Shown: positions 1 through 9,520, counted from the first letter of the stretch. The stretch: 64,000 nt of DNA from Candidatus Eiseniibacteriota bacterium (GCA_041946735.1 JBHGAY010000018.1:32001-96000), one strand, 5' to 3'. The notes: a model not told the origin generated them from the letters alone. Program-made: numbers and translations.

Positions 1-1351
1 CGCTCGACGGAACCTTCTCGAGAAGCGCCTGCATGAGAGTCTCGACCCGCTCTCTCGTCGACGACTCGGCGACGATACGAACGATCGGCTCGGTCGCCGA
101 GGCGCGCAGGTGGACGAATCCGTCGGGGAACGACCACCGCAGACCATCCCTGCGGTCTTCAGCCGCGCCGAGCACCGGCTCGAAGGCGGCCGCGAGCGTC
201 TCCAGGGATACCTCCGGGGCGAGATCGAGTTTCCGTTTCCCAACGTAGCGTTCCGGAATCGCGGACGCCAGCCCCCTCAATCCATTCGCCGATTTTGCTT
301 CGGCCTCGAGCAGCCAGGCGGCCGCGACCGCGGCGTCGCGCCCGAAATGCACCTCCGGATCGATCACCCCTCCGTTGCCTTCGCCGCCGAGCACGGCGCC
401 CGCCTTCCGCATGCCCGCGACCACGTTCGCCTCCCCGACCGGCGTTCGCTCCACCCGCGATCCGTGCGCCTCGGCGACCGCCTCGAGGCGCGTCGAGGTG
501 CTGAGGTTGGTCACGACCGGACCGCGCCGGCGGGTCAGCAGATGGGCCGCGACGAGGGGAAGGGTCCACTCCTCCCCGACGATCGAGGTGCCGGGAATCG
601 CGAGGGCGCAGCGATCCGCGTCGGGATCGACGGCAATCGCGAAGGAGACGCCGCGCCTGCCCGCCTCCTCCGCGAGAAGATCGAGAACCTCCCCGCTCGG
701 CTCCGGGTGCGGCGGCAACTTGCCGGTCGGCTCGGCGCGCAGCGTCTCCACGCGGGCCCCGAGGTCCTCCAGCAGCTTCGGGATCAGCACGCCGCCCGCC
801 CCGTGCACGCATTCGACGAGAACGCGCGGGGCGGCGGCGCGGATCGCGGCGGCGTCGATCCCCGCCCGCACCAGGGAGGCGTGGAGGGCGAGCGATTCCG
901 CCCCGCGAGCGAGGGCGGCGCCCCATTCGGGGTAGGCGAGGAACGACCCGGACGGGTCTCCCGCGTCGGCGAGCGCGCGCAGCCGCTCGAACTCCGGGCC
1001 GACGAGGAAGGAGCCGGACGGGCCGACGAACTTCATCGCGTTCCAGTCGCCCGGGTTGTGGCTCGCCGTGAGGATCAGGCCCCCCGCCGCGCTCCAGCGC
1101 TCGACCGCTACCTGGACGGTCGGCGTCGGCACGATCCCCAGCTCCCAGACGGTGCGGCCCAGGCTCCCGAGCACCTCGGAGGCTATGGAGGCGAACAGGG
1201 CGCCGCTCGGGCGCGAGTCGCGGCCGAGGACGATCGGGCCTGGCCCGAGGAACCGGGAGAAGGCGGCGGTCCAGCGGGCGACGAGCAAAGGATGGAAGTC
1301 GGGACCGACCGTCCCGCGAACGCCGGAGACGCTGACCATCAGAGGGGGCAA
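1..1351 (-). CDS. Phosphoglucosamine mutase / phosphomannomutase family (3' end runs off the window)
   Basis: Read manually, absent from the ORF track. TTG start at 1351 after GGAGG; LMVSVSGVRG N-terminus, ILTASHNP phosphoserine motif, GGEGNGG, and C-terminal HLRASATEP. No stop before base 1. Confidence 0.9.
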   Translation of the reverse strand, partial: MPPLMVSVSGVRGTVGPDFHPLLVARWTAAFSRFLGPGPIVLGRDSRPSGALFASIASEVLGSLGRTVWELGIVPTPTVQVAVERWSAAGGLILTASHNPGDWNAMKFVGPSGSFLVGPEFERLRALADAGDPSGSFLAYPEWGAALARGAESLALHASLVRAGIDAAAIRAAAPRVLVECVHGAGGVLIPKLLEDLGARVETLRAEPTGKLPPHPEPSGEVLDLLAEEAGRRGVSFAIAVDPDADRCALAIPGTSIVGEEWTLPLVAAHLLTRRRGPVVTNLSTSTRLEAVAEAHGSRVERTPVGEANVVAGMRKAGAVLGGEGNGGVIDPEVHFGRDAAVAAAWLLEAEAKSANGLRGLASAIPERYVGKRKLDLAPEVSLETLAAAFEPVLGAAEDRRDGLRWSFPDGFVHLRASATEPIVRIVAESSTRERVETLMQALLEKVPSS

Positions 1352-1451
1352 GGGGGACCTCCCGCGTGTCGATCGGATTCCGCCCGCCTGCGGCTCGCCG
1401 GAGCCCGTCGCGCGCACGGGCGCCGGGACGCGGGCGGCGGCCGAGTCCCAA

Positions 1452-1486
1452 GGAAACGACGAAGCCCTTCCCCGGAAGGGAAGGGC
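1452..1486 (-). terminator. Probable intrinsic terminator of the tRNA pair
   Basis: Minus-strand hairpin GCCCTTCCC-TTCC-GGGGAAGGGC followed by a T-containing tail (TTCGTCGTTTCCTT), about 95 nt downstream of tRNA-Thr. Confidence 0.55.
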
Positions 1487-1580
1487 CCGCTTCGATTCCG
1501 AGCGCGGAGCCTGCGCTGCGTGCTTTTGCGATGCGCTCCGCTCCGGCGCCGATCGCGGTCCGGAGGGAGATGGAGAAGGA

Positions 1581-1656
1581 TGGAGCTGGTGAGCGGAATC
1601 GAACCGCTGACCTGCTCATTACGAATGAGCTGCTCTACCGGCTGAGCTACACCAGC
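1581..1656 (-). tRNA. tRNA-Thr(CGT)
   Basis: 76-nt cloverleaf GCTGGTG...CACCAGC-T-CCA; anticodon loop TTCGTAA; T-loop GGTTCGATTCC; CCA encoded. Confidence 0.97.
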
Positions 1657-1751
1657 ATCCTGTCCATCGAAGCGCGTCGCGGCCGCCTCCCGGCTTCCGC
1701 CCCGCGGCGCCTCCAGCGATGCCGGAGACGCGTCGGATCGATCAAATCATT

Positions 1752-1827
1752 TGGTGCGGCCTCGCAGAGTCGAACTGCGGACTTCCAGATTTTCAGTCTA
1801 GCGCTCTACCAGCTGAGCTAAGGCCGC
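1752..1827 (-). tRNA. tRNA-Phe(GAA)
   Basis: 76-nt cloverleaf GCGGCCT...AGGCCGC-A-CCA; anticodon loop CTGAAAA; CCA encoded. Confidence 0.97.
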
Positions 1828-1840
1828 ACCTCGGTCCGAT

Positions 1841-1870
1841 AGTCTTCCCGAGCGGCGGCCAAAGGGTCAA
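1841..1870 (-). promoter_or_regulatory. Sigma-70-like promoter of the tRNA-Phe/tRNA-Thr pair
   Basis: TTGACC-18 nt-AAGACT, ending 13 nt upstream of tRNA-Phe. Confidence 0.45.
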
Positions 1871-2418
1871 GCCGTTTTTCGCGCGGGCGGATCCCCGCGA
1901 CGGCGTCCCTCTCTCGCGCGCCCGAGTGCGTCGCGCACCGCCCCCTTCAGTTCGCTCAGGTCCGAGGACTTCACGACGTAGCGGTCGGCGGCCCAGGAGC
2001 CGAAATCGGAGCGATATCCTCCGTAGGCCGAGTTGAGGATCACCTTCGTGGCCGGGCGCAGGGCCAGCACCTGGCGCATGACGTCCAGCCCGTTCATGCC
2101 GGAGAGACGGACGTCCAGCACGAGGGCGTCCGTCGGCGCGTGGGCGAACCGGCGGATCGCCTCTTCCCCGCTCGCGGCCGTCGAGACCTCGTAGCCTTCC
2201 TCGGCAAGCTCCTCGAGATAGAGCCGCCGCAGGTGCGGATCGTCGTCGACGACGAGCAGCGTCGGACGTTTCGGCGCTCTTGCGGCCTGGCCCCCGATCT
2301 CCATCCATCGCTCGATCCGGATCGGCGAGCGTCCCTCGCGTTCCCCCGCGCCGCCCTCCGTCGCCTCCCCTCCGCGCCGGCGCTCCCAGTCCTGCTTCTC
2401 TGGCTGCGGCCTCGGCAT
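1867..2418 (-). CDS. Single-domain response regulator (receiver)
   Basis: C-terminal part of ORF 1867..3339: LLVVDDD, phospho-Asp in LVLDVRL, NSAY, YVVKS. Start is ATG 2418 or ATG 2304. Confidence 0.85.
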   Translation of the reverse strand: MPRPQPEKQDWERRRGGEATEGGAGEREGRSPIRIERWMEIGGQAARAPKRPTLLVVDDDPHLRRLYLEELAEEGYEVSTAASGEEAIRRFAHAPTDALVLDVRLSGMNGLDVMRQVLALRPATKVILNSAYGGYRSDFGSWAADRYVVKSSDLSELKGAVRDALGRAREGRRRGDPPARKTA

Positions 2419-2480
2419 CGTCCTGCCCTCCCGGGACGCGCAGCCGCCGCGCGGCCGCCGCCCCTTCGCGATCCCGCCGG

Positions 2481-4001
2481 TCACGCGGCTCGATCGCGGT
2501 TGCGACGCCTGCGGTCCTGTCCCCTCCGCCGCTCGGCGTTCGAGCGGATCGGAAGGCTGACCGTGAAGATCACGCTCCAGCTCGGGTCGGTCCGCACCCG
2601 GATCTCGCCGCCGTGCTCCCGCACGATCTGATCGGCGATCGCGAGCCCCAGCCCGCTCCCCGCGCTTCGCCCGCTGGCGAACGGGATGAACAGCCTTTCG
2701 AGCGCTTCGGCCTCGAGCCGTTCCCCGTTGTTCGCCACGTCGATCTGCGCCCATCCCTCGGTCGCGCGGGTCATCACGGCGATCCGCTGCCCCTCGCGCG
2801 TGCTCTGCATCGCGTTGCGGACGATGTTGAGCAGCACCTGCTCGAGCCGGTCCGGGGCGAGGAGCATCGGCGGGATCCCCCCTTGGTACTGCTCCCGCAG
2901 ATCGATCCCTCTGCCCTCGGCCTCCTCGCGCGCGATCTGCACGGCCGCGCGCACGACCTCGTTGAGATCGACCATCGCCACGCGGGGCGCGATCGGCTTC
3001 GCGAACTGCAGTTGCTCGGCCACCATCGCCTCGAGGCGCTCGATCTCGCGGACGATGATCGACGCGTAGTCCCCGTTGGGATCGTTCGCCGGCAGCCCCT
3101 TCTGGATCCGCCGCGCGAACCCCCCGATTGCAGAGAGAGGGTTGCGGATCTCGTGGGCGAGCTTCGCGCTGATCTCTCCGAGCGCCGCCAGCTTCTCGCA
3201 ACGCAGCCGGTCGGTCTCCGCGTCGCGCAGCCGCGCCTCGGCCTGCGCGAGCTTCTGCTGCACGCGGGCGAGATGGATCGCCATCGCGAGTTGCCCGGCG
3301 ATCACCGTGAGAAGCCCCTCCCCCGCCGGACCACACCACGACTCCGCCGGAGCCGCCTCCGCATCGGGCGCTGCATGGCCGTCCTCGCGGGCGCCGGCCT
3401 GCCCCGTCCCGCGCCGCCCGCTCTGGTGGATCGCCGCGGACCGAGGACCGAGGAGCGCCATCGCGCCGAGAACCGTGTCATAGGCCTGCAACGGGACGAT
3501 CAACGCCTCGACCGGCGGGGCGGCGGGAGCACCCGCAGCAATCCGGTCGTGGACGAGGCACCGGCGGCGCACCGCGCGCTCGGCCGCCTCCATGCCGGGA
3601 GGCCACGGGGAGACGGACCCGCTCTCCGCTCCCAGCCGGACGGCCGGCCGCAGCTTGCCCCCCTCGCCGTCGATCAGCCAGATCATTCCCTCCGGCGAAT
3701 CGAGGGCCTGTGCCGCTCGCCGCAACGCGAGCGCGAGGACCTCGTCGAGGCAGCAGGCGGTCAGGAGCCTCTCCTGCGTCGCGCGGACAGCGTCGAACCA
3801 GGCCGGATCGACCGAGGGATGCGCGACGGTCGCGCCGCGAGCGCCTCCGTCCCCGTCGATTCCTTCGATTCCTTCGATTCCTTCCGCTTCCCGGGACTGC
3901 CCGGCCGGCCGGCCCGTGGACGGGTCGAAGAGGCTGGGAGCCTGGGAGTTTTGCGATGCCTCGCTTTCGGAGGCTCGGATATACTTCGGTTTGCTGTTCA
4001 T
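2481..4001 (-). CDS. Cytoplasmic GAF-HisKA-HATPase sensor histidine kinase (NtrB-like)
   Basis: H-box LAHEIRNPL, N-box QVLLNIVRNA, G2 GSGLGLAI, upstream GAF-like segment, no TM helix. Start uncertain (ATG 4001; the ORF extends to 4232). Confidence 0.88.
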   Translation of the reverse strand: MNSKPKYIRASESEASQNSQAPSLFDPSTGRPAGQSREAEGIEGIEGIDGDGGARGATVAHPSVDPAWFDAVRATQERLLTACCLDEVLALALRRAAQALDSPEGMIWLIDGEGGKLRPAVRLGAESGSVSPWPPGMEAAERAVRRRCLVHDRIAAGAPAAPPVEALIVPLQAYDTVLGAMALLGPRSAAIHQSGRRGTGQAGAREDGHAAPDAEAAPAESWCGPAGEGLLTVIAGQLAMAIHLARVQQKLAQAEARLRDAETDRLRCEKLAALGEISAKLAHEIRNPLSAIGGFARRIQKGLPANDPNGDYASIIVREIERLEAMVAEQLQFAKPIAPRVAMVDLNEVVRAAVQIAREEAEGRGIDLREQYQGGIPPMLLAPDRLEQVLLNIVRNAMQSTREGQRIAVMTRATEGWAQIDVANNGERLEAEALERLFIPFASGRSAGSGLGLAIADQIVREHGGEIRVRTDPSWSVIFTVSLPIRSNAERRRGQDRRRRNRDRAA

Positions 4002-4204
4002 CTTCTCTGGGCGCCGGCGGGGTGGCGCGCGTTCGGGCATCGGCCCGAACGAACGCGTGGCGCCGGGGTCGGGTTGGATGTCGGGGTCGAGGGTCGAAGA
4101 GCTTCCGCGGCAGGACTCCCGCCGTGCCGCGAGACCGAGGTGCCATGGTGGAGATGCGCTGGCTTCGGCGAGGGAAGGCCGTGGATGCTTCGGGGAGGGA
4201 ACTG

Positions 4205-4537
4205 ATGGACAAACCGGCGCCGCCGCAGCCAACGCCCCCGCCTCCAGGTTCGATCCAGGTGCAGATCGAGCCGACCGAGGCGGAGGGGATCTACGCGAAT
4301 CTCGTCCTTCTTGCCCATTCCCCTTCGGAGTTCATCCTGGATTTCGCCCGCATGATGCCCGGCGCTCCCAGGGCGAAGGTCTATTCGCGCATCATCCTCA
4401 CGCCGCAAAATGCCCGCTCCTTGCTCCGCGCGCTCGAGCAGCGGATCGAACAGTACGAGGCGCAGTTCGGCAAGATCCGGGTCCAGGGGGAGACTCCCCC
4501 TGCCCGTGATATCGGGTTCAAGCCCGAGACTCCTTAG
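4205..4537 (+). CDS. DUF3467 domain protein
   Basis: GIYANLVLLAHSPSEFILDF...RIILTPQNARSL...YEAQFG signature; SD GGAGGG before ATG 4205. Confidence 0.85.
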   Translation: MDKPAPPQPTPPPPGSIQVQIEPTEAEGIYANLVLLAHSPSEFILDFARMMPGAPRAKVYSRIILTPQNARSLLRALEQRIEQYEAQFGKIRVQGETPPARDIGFKPETP

Positions 4538-4605
4538 CGCAATCTTCGCGCGATGCCGTCCGTTACGGCGCGCGCGAGACGGAACGGCCGATTTCGAGGG
4601 ATCGC

Positions 4606-5826
4606 ATGGGAGGTGCCGTGATGGGTGGTCTGACGATCTCGAGGCGAGGGGAGTCGGTTCCCCCCTCGCCGATCCGCAAGCTGGTGCCCCTGGCCGACGA
4701 GACTCGGCGCCGGGGCGTGCACGTCCATGGGCTGAACATCGGGCAGCCCGATATTCCGACCCCCGACTGCATGTGGGAGGCTCTCCGCCGCGACCTCCCC
4801 CGCACGCTCGCCTACTCCCCTTCGGGCGGGATTCCGGAGCTGCGCGAGGCGTTCTCCGGCTACTACGCCCGGCACGGGATCGGGCTTTCGTCGAACGAGA
4901 TCCTCGTCACCTCCGGCGGGAGCGAGGCGATCCTCTTCGCGATCGGCGCCATCGCCGATCCCGGCGAGGAGGTGCTGATCCCCGAGCCGCTCTACGCGAA
5001 CTATCTCGGGTTCTCGCGTTTCCTCGGCGTGCAGGTCGCCCCGATCACCTGCGATGCGGCCAACGGCTACCATCTGCCCCCCGCCGAGGAATGGGAGAAG
5101 CGGATCACGCCTAAGACCCGGGCGATCCTGCTCTGCAATCCGGGCAATCCGACCGGGACGGTCTACGAGGAGTCCGAGGTGGCGATGGTGCGGGAGCTCG
5201 CGCTGCGCCACGATCTCTACCTCGTCGTGGACGAGGTCTACCGGGAGTTCTGCTACGACGGCCGCAAGCACCGCTCGATGCTGACCCTTCCCGGGATCGA
5301 AGACCGGGTCATCCTCGTCGACTCGATCTCGAAGCGGTTCAGCGCCTGCGGCGCGCGGATCGGCTGCCTCGCCACGCGCGCGAAGCCGGTCTTCGACACC
5401 GCGATGAAGTTCGCGCAGGCGCGGCTCTCCCCGCCCGGGCTCGGCCAGATCGCGGCCGTGCCGGCCCTCTCGCTGCCCGAAAGCTACTACCAGGGGTTCG
5501 TGCGGGAATTCGAGGCGCGGCGCAACCGGGTGATGGAGATCCTGGAGCGGGAGCCTTCGATTCGCTGCCGGCGCCCGCGCGGAGCGTTCTACGTCATGGC
5601 CACGCTGCCGGTCGATGACGCGGAGTCGTACGTCCGCTGGATGCTCACCGAGTATCAGAAGGACGGCGAGACGGTCATGGTCGCTCCGGGCGACGGGTTC
5701 TACGCGACGCCGGGGATGGGGAAGCAAGAGATCCGGCTCGCCTACGTGTTCGAGGAGAAGGTGCTCTCCCGCGCGGTTTCGATCCTTGTGGAGAGCCTCG
5801 CGCACTATCCCGGCCGCCGCCGCTGA
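4606..5826 (+). CDS. PLP-dependent aminotransferase class I/II (aspartate aminotransferase-like)
   Basis: LNIGQPD, CNPGNPTG, DEVYREF and SISKRFSACGARIG (PLP Lys). Start may be ATG 4621. Confidence 0.92.
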   Translation: MGGAVMGGLTISRRGESVPPSPIRKLVPLADETRRRGVHVHGLNIGQPDIPTPDCMWEALRRDLPRTLAYSPSGGIPELREAFSGYYARHGIGLSSNEILVTSGGSEAILFAIGAIADPGEEVLIPEPLYANYLGFSRFLGVQVAPITCDAANGYHLPPAEEWEKRITPKTRAILLCNPGNPTGTVYEESEVAMVRELALRHDLYLVVDEVYREFCYDGRKHRSMLTLPGIEDRVILVDSISKRFSACGARIGCLATRAKPVFDTAMKFAQARLSPPGLGQIAAVPALSLPESYYQGFVREFEARRNRVMEILEREPSIRCRRPRGAFYVMATLPVDDAESYVRWMLTEYQKDGETVMVAPGDGFYATPGMGKQEIRLAYVFEEKVLSRAVSILVESLAHYPGRRR

Positions 5827-5858
5827 TCCAGCGCTCGATCGCGAAACGGGAGGAGCCG

Positions 5859-8396
5859 ATGGCGACGAAGACCGCTCTGACGCAACCCGAGGGGGGGGCC
5901 GCCGCCGGCCCCCCTTCCCCGTATCGGCCGTACATTCCGGCCGAGGTCCGGATCCCCGAGCTGACGTTCCTGCCGCTGCTGGCGGGGACCCTCCTCGGCA
6001 TGGTCTTCGGCGCCTCGTCGCTCTACCTGGTGTTGAAGGTCGGGCTCACCGTCTCGGCGTCGATCCCCGTCGCCGTCCTCTCGATCACGCTCTTCCGCAT
6101 CCTCTCGAAGTTCGGGGCGCGCAACGCGACGATCCTCGAGAACAACATCGTGCAAACGGCGGGATCGGCGGGCGAGTCGATCGCCTTCGGTATCGGGGTG
6201 ACGATGCCGGCGATCATGATCCTCGGGTTCGACCTCGCCTTCACCCGCGTGATGCTCGTCGCCGTGCTGGGCGGCCTGCTCGGCATCCTGATGATGATCC
6301 CGCTGCGGCGGGCGCTGATCGTCCAGCAGCACGGAGTCCTGAAGTATCCCGAAGGGACCGCCTGCGCGGAGGTCCTGAAGGCGGGCGCGTCGGAAGAATC
6401 GCGGGAGATCGCCGCCCGATACGGGACCGACGAGGCGGCGGCGAGCGGGTCGCAGATCGGCGCGAGGACGATCTTCACCGGGTTCGGCATCGGCTTCCTC
6501 TACCAGGTGGCGATGGCCGCCTTCCGCTTCTGGCGGGACATCCCGGAGAAGGTGTTCGGGGCGCCCTACAAGGCGGCATCGATCGGAGCGGAGATCTCCC
6601 CCGCCCTGCTCGGCGTCGGCTACATCATCGGGCCGCGCATCTCCTCGATCATGTGCGCGGGAGGGGTGCTCGCCTATCTCGTCCTGATCCCTGCGATCAA
6701 GTTCTTCGGCGAAGGGATGACGACCGCGCTGCCGCCGGGGACGATCCCGATACGCGAGATGAACCCCAACCAGATCCGGGGCGCCTACGTCCTGTACATT
6801 GGCGCCGGCGCCGTCGCTGCGGGCGGAATCATCAGCCTGGTGCGGTCGTTCCCGATCATCTGGCACGGCATCCGCGAAGGGATCCGCGACGTGCGGAGCG
6901 GCCGGGCGAACGGGTCCGCCGAGGTGCTTCGTACCGAGCACGACATTTCGATGAAGTACGTGATCGGCGGGATCCTGCTGCTCATGGCCCTGATCATGGC
7001 GTTCCGGACGCTTCACATGCACCTGGCCGGCGCGATCATGATCGTCGCCTTCGGCTTCCTGTTCGTGACCGTCTCGTCGCGGCTGACCGGAGAGATCGGA
7101 TCGTCTTCGAACCCGATCTCCGGCATGACGGTCGCGACCCTGTTGTTGACCTGCCTGATCTTCCTCGTCGTCGGCTGGACCGGCCCCTCCTACTACGTGA
7201 CCGCGTTGTCGGTCGGCGCGATCGTCTGTATCGCGGCAAGCAACGGCGGGACGACCTCGCAGGACCTGAAGACCGGCTTCCTCGTCGGCGCGACGCCGCG
7301 GCTGCAGCAGATCTCCATTCTGGTCGGCGCGCTCGCTTCGGCGGTCGTCCTCGGCCCGATCCTCCTGCGGCTGAACGACGCGGCGACGGTGTACGTGCCG
7401 CCGACATCCTTCGAGCAGGTCGACGCCTCGACGGCCCGCGACGTCGCGATCGACCGGCAGGTCCTGGACGGGCTGCCGGTCTACCGGCCGGCCGGGGAGA
7501 GCGGCGCGCCCGCGGCGATCGCCGGCGGCAACTACCGGCGGCTCGAGGTCGGATCGGACGCGGCGCTCGGCGGGATCGCGGCGGGGACGTATCTGGTCGA
7601 CGAGGCGACGGGACATCTCGCCTGGCGGGAGGAGGCGAACTTCCCGGCCGAACTGCGCGCGCCGGCCGGGGAAATCGGGACGAAGGAGGAGCGGGTGCGC
7701 GGGCCGCAGGCGGCGAGCGATTCGCGCGCCTATCGCTCGTGGCAGAAGACCGACGAGATCGGCGGACCGAGCGGCAAGTACCTCGTGGACGAGACGGGGC
7801 GGCCGGCCTACCTCGTCGATCCCGGCATCAACGGCGTGCACCGCGTCCGCCCGGACGGCTCGACCGTGACGAAGTACGATGCGCCGAAGGCGACGCTCAT
7901 GTCGTACATCATAAAGGGGATCCTGAATCGCCAGCTCCCCTGGGGGCTCGTGCTGATCGGGGTCATGATCGCGATCGTCCTGGAGATGGCGAGCATCCCC
8001 TCACTCGCGTTCGCGGTGGGCGTCTACCTGCCGCTCTCCTCCTCGACGCCGATCCTGGTCGGCGGCGCCATTCGCTGGCTCATCGACCGGCGACTGCGGC
8101 GACGCATGGCGGGAATGAGCGAGGAGCAGATCCAAGCCGAAGGCGACAAGAGCCCCGGCGTGCTCATGGCTTCCGGCTACATCGCCGGCGGCGCGATCGC
8201 GGGAATCGTGATCGCCTTCATGGCCGGCGTCCTGACCGACGTCAACCGCTCGATCGAGGAGTGGTCTGCGGCGAACAATCCGTTCTTCGGCGGCGCGCAT
8301 GCCGACGCCCTGTCGATGCTCCCCTTCCTCGGGCTCGCTCTGCTGCTCTGGCTGACCGGGCGCGAGACGATCCTCGCCGGGAAGCGGAAGGCCTGA
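5859..8396 (+). CDS. OPT family oligopeptide transporter with a soluble insertion
   Basis: LKVGLTVSASIP, ENNIVQT, YPEGTACA, SSNPISGM and SQDLKTG motifs; many TM helices. Confidence 0.93.
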   Translation: MATKTALTQPEGGAAAGPPSPYRPYIPAEVRIPELTFLPLLAGTLLGMVFGASSLYLVLKVGLTVSASIPVAVLSITLFRILSKFGARNATILENNIVQTAGSAGESIAFGIGVTMPAIMILGFDLAFTRVMLVAVLGGLLGILMMIPLRRALIVQQHGVLKYPEGTACAEVLKAGASEESREIAARYGTDEAAASGSQIGARTIFTGFGIGFLYQVAMAAFRFWRDIPEKVFGAPYKAASIGAEISPALLGVGYIIGPRISSIMCAGGVLAYLVLIPAIKFFGEGMTTALPPGTIPIREMNPNQIRGAYVLYIGAGAVAAGGIISLVRSFPIIWHGIREGIRDVRSGRANGSAEVLRTEHDISMKYVIGGILLLMALIMAFRTLHMHLAGAIMIVAFGFLFVTVSSRLTGEIGSSSNPISGMTVATLLLTCLIFLVVGWTGPSYYVTALSVGAIVCIAASNGGTTSQDLKTGFLVGATPRLQQISILVGALASAVVLGPILLRLNDAATVYVPPTSFEQVDASTARDVAIDRQVLDGLPVYRPAGESGAPAAIAGGNYRRLEVGSDAALGGIAAGTYLVDEATGHLAWREEANFPAELRAPAGEIGTKEERVRGPQAASDSRAYRSWQKTDEIGGPSGKYLVDETGRPAYLVDPGINGVHRVRPDGSTVTKYDAPKATLMSYIIKGILNRQLPWGLVLIGVMIAIVLEMASIPSLAFAVGVYLPLSSSTPILVGGAIRWLIDRRLRRRMAGMSEEQIQAEGDKSPGVLMASGYIAGGAIAGIVIAFMAGVLTDVNRSIEEWSAANNPFFGGAHADALSMLPFLGLALLLWLTGRETILAGKRKA

Positions 8397-8487
8397 GGCC
8401 GGAAGGCAAAGGTCCCACCGAGGCGTAAGGGGAGCCGGCGCGAGCCGGCGAGCCGGCGAGCCGGCGCGCCGCTGCCGCCGTATCCCG

Positions 8488-8545
8488 GCTCTCACAGTCC
8501 TGTATGCCGGGGTGGACCATGTGATCCCGCCGGACCTGTGAGAGC
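8488..8545. promoter_or_regulatory. Inverted/direct repeat array, candidate enhancer (UAS) for the downstream sigma-54 promoter
   Basis: GCTCTCACAG (8488-8497) and CTGTGAGAGC (8536-8545) form a perfect 10-bp inverted repeat; there is also an internal GGACCATGTGA / GGACCTGTGA direct repeat. Confidence 0.45.
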
Positions 8546-8615
8546 ATCCGCCGCCGGTAGTTCTATCCGCCGGCCGAACAGCTCGTTGCCATCGCGCCCA
8601 GGACACGCCCCACCA

Positions 8616-8631
8616 TGGCACCTTCCCTGCT
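8616..8631 (+). promoter_or_regulatory. Sigma-54 (-24/-12) promoter
   Basis: TGGCACCTTCCCTGCT, exact GG-N10-GC spacing, about 35 nt upstream of ATG 8666. Confidence 0.6.
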
Positions 8632-8665
8632 CTCTCCGATGCATCGAGGGAGGGAGGGCAAGGTC

Positions 8666-9520
8666 ATGGACAGGTCGGCCCGGTCGCACGCCTCACGATC
8701 CACCCGCGTTCCGGCACGCAGTTCGACGGCGGGTCTTCGGCGGCCCGGAGCCGCCGTTCTCGTTCTTCTGCTCGCTCCATGGATGTCGCCGATGCTCCTC
8801 GCGTCTCCGGCCGAGGCACTCAGGCCCGATACCTTGTCCGACCACGTCCGTTTGAGCCCGGAGCGCGACCGCCTCCCGTTCGCGGGAAATCCGCTCCCCG
8901 CCCGCTACCCTTCGTTCGGCATCGGTTACGGCGTCGGGCTGGACCTCTCGTCGCTCGACGGCGTCGAGAAGTCGTTCCAGCGCATCGAGGACCGGCACCG
9001 GGCGGAGGGCTGGGTCATCCAGGATCCCCCCGATATTGCGCTCGACCCCATGCAGCTCTGGACGGTCGCGATCCGCGTGGAAGAGCGGCTGGAGTTCGCC
9101 TGGCAGATCGGGCGTTCCGGCGGAGACGAGAATCAGCTGAACCTGAAGGGGCTTCTCGTCACGGGACACTACACGCCCGGCCGAGATCCGGCGTTTCAGT
9201 TCTCCGCCTCGATCGGCGCCGGCTGGTACGGCTTTCACTTTCGCAAGACCTACGGCGACAAGATCTCGATCGTCGATTCGGGCGGGCACTACACCTCGCT
9301 CGACCACGTCACGCTCGACGGTGGCGGCAACTACTTCTCGGCCGGCGCCGGCATGACGGCGCACCCGACGCTCTATTCCGCCATTGATTTCTATGCTCAG
9401 TATCTGCGCGCGCCCGACGAGTCGACCAGCGCCGGGGACGACTCCCCCCGGCTGTCGGTCAACCTGGGCGGACTCCTCGTCGGGGTGCGGCTCTCGATCT
9501 TCCATCCGCTAGGGAAGTGA
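8666..9520 (+). CDS. Hypothetical outer-membrane beta-barrel protein
   Basis: Signal peptide ending AEA; alternating beta-strand patterns (FQFSASIGAGWYGF, FSAGAGMT, VNLGGLLVGVRLSIF). SD GGAGGG favours ATG 8666 over 8615. Confidence 0.6.
   Translation: MDRSARSHASRSTRVPARSSTAGLRRPGAAVLVLLLAPWMSPMLLASPAEALRPDTLSDHVRLSPERDRLPFAGNPLPARYPSFGIGYGVGLDLSSLDGVEKSFQRIEDRHRAEGWVIQDPPDIALDPMQLWTVAIRVEERLEFAWQIGRSGGDENQLNLKGLLVTGHYTPGRDPAFQFSASIGAGWYGFHFRKTYGDKISIVDSGGHYTSLDHVTLDGGGNYFSAGAGMTAHPTLYSAIDFYAQYLRAPDESTSAGDDSPRLSVNLGGLLVGVRLSIFHPLGK

Noticed and set aside
1581..1827. tRNA pair as an integration site for a genomic island or prophage
   Set aside because: No adjacent integrase and no duplicated tRNA 3' end seen; the flanking genes are ordinary chromosomal genes.
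4146..4165. Possible sigma-54 box TGGAGATGCGCTGGC upstream of the DUF3467 gene
   Set aside because: The spacing fits, but both the GGCAC and TTGC contexts are poor, so it is likely chance at this GC content.
8432..8471. GAGCCGGC tandem repeats (also 29640-29695, 34670-34710, 41840-41915) as CRISPR or REP elements
   Set aside because: Units are 8-15 nt with no unique spacers, no cas genes, and no shared consensus between loci; they are simple low-complexity repeats.
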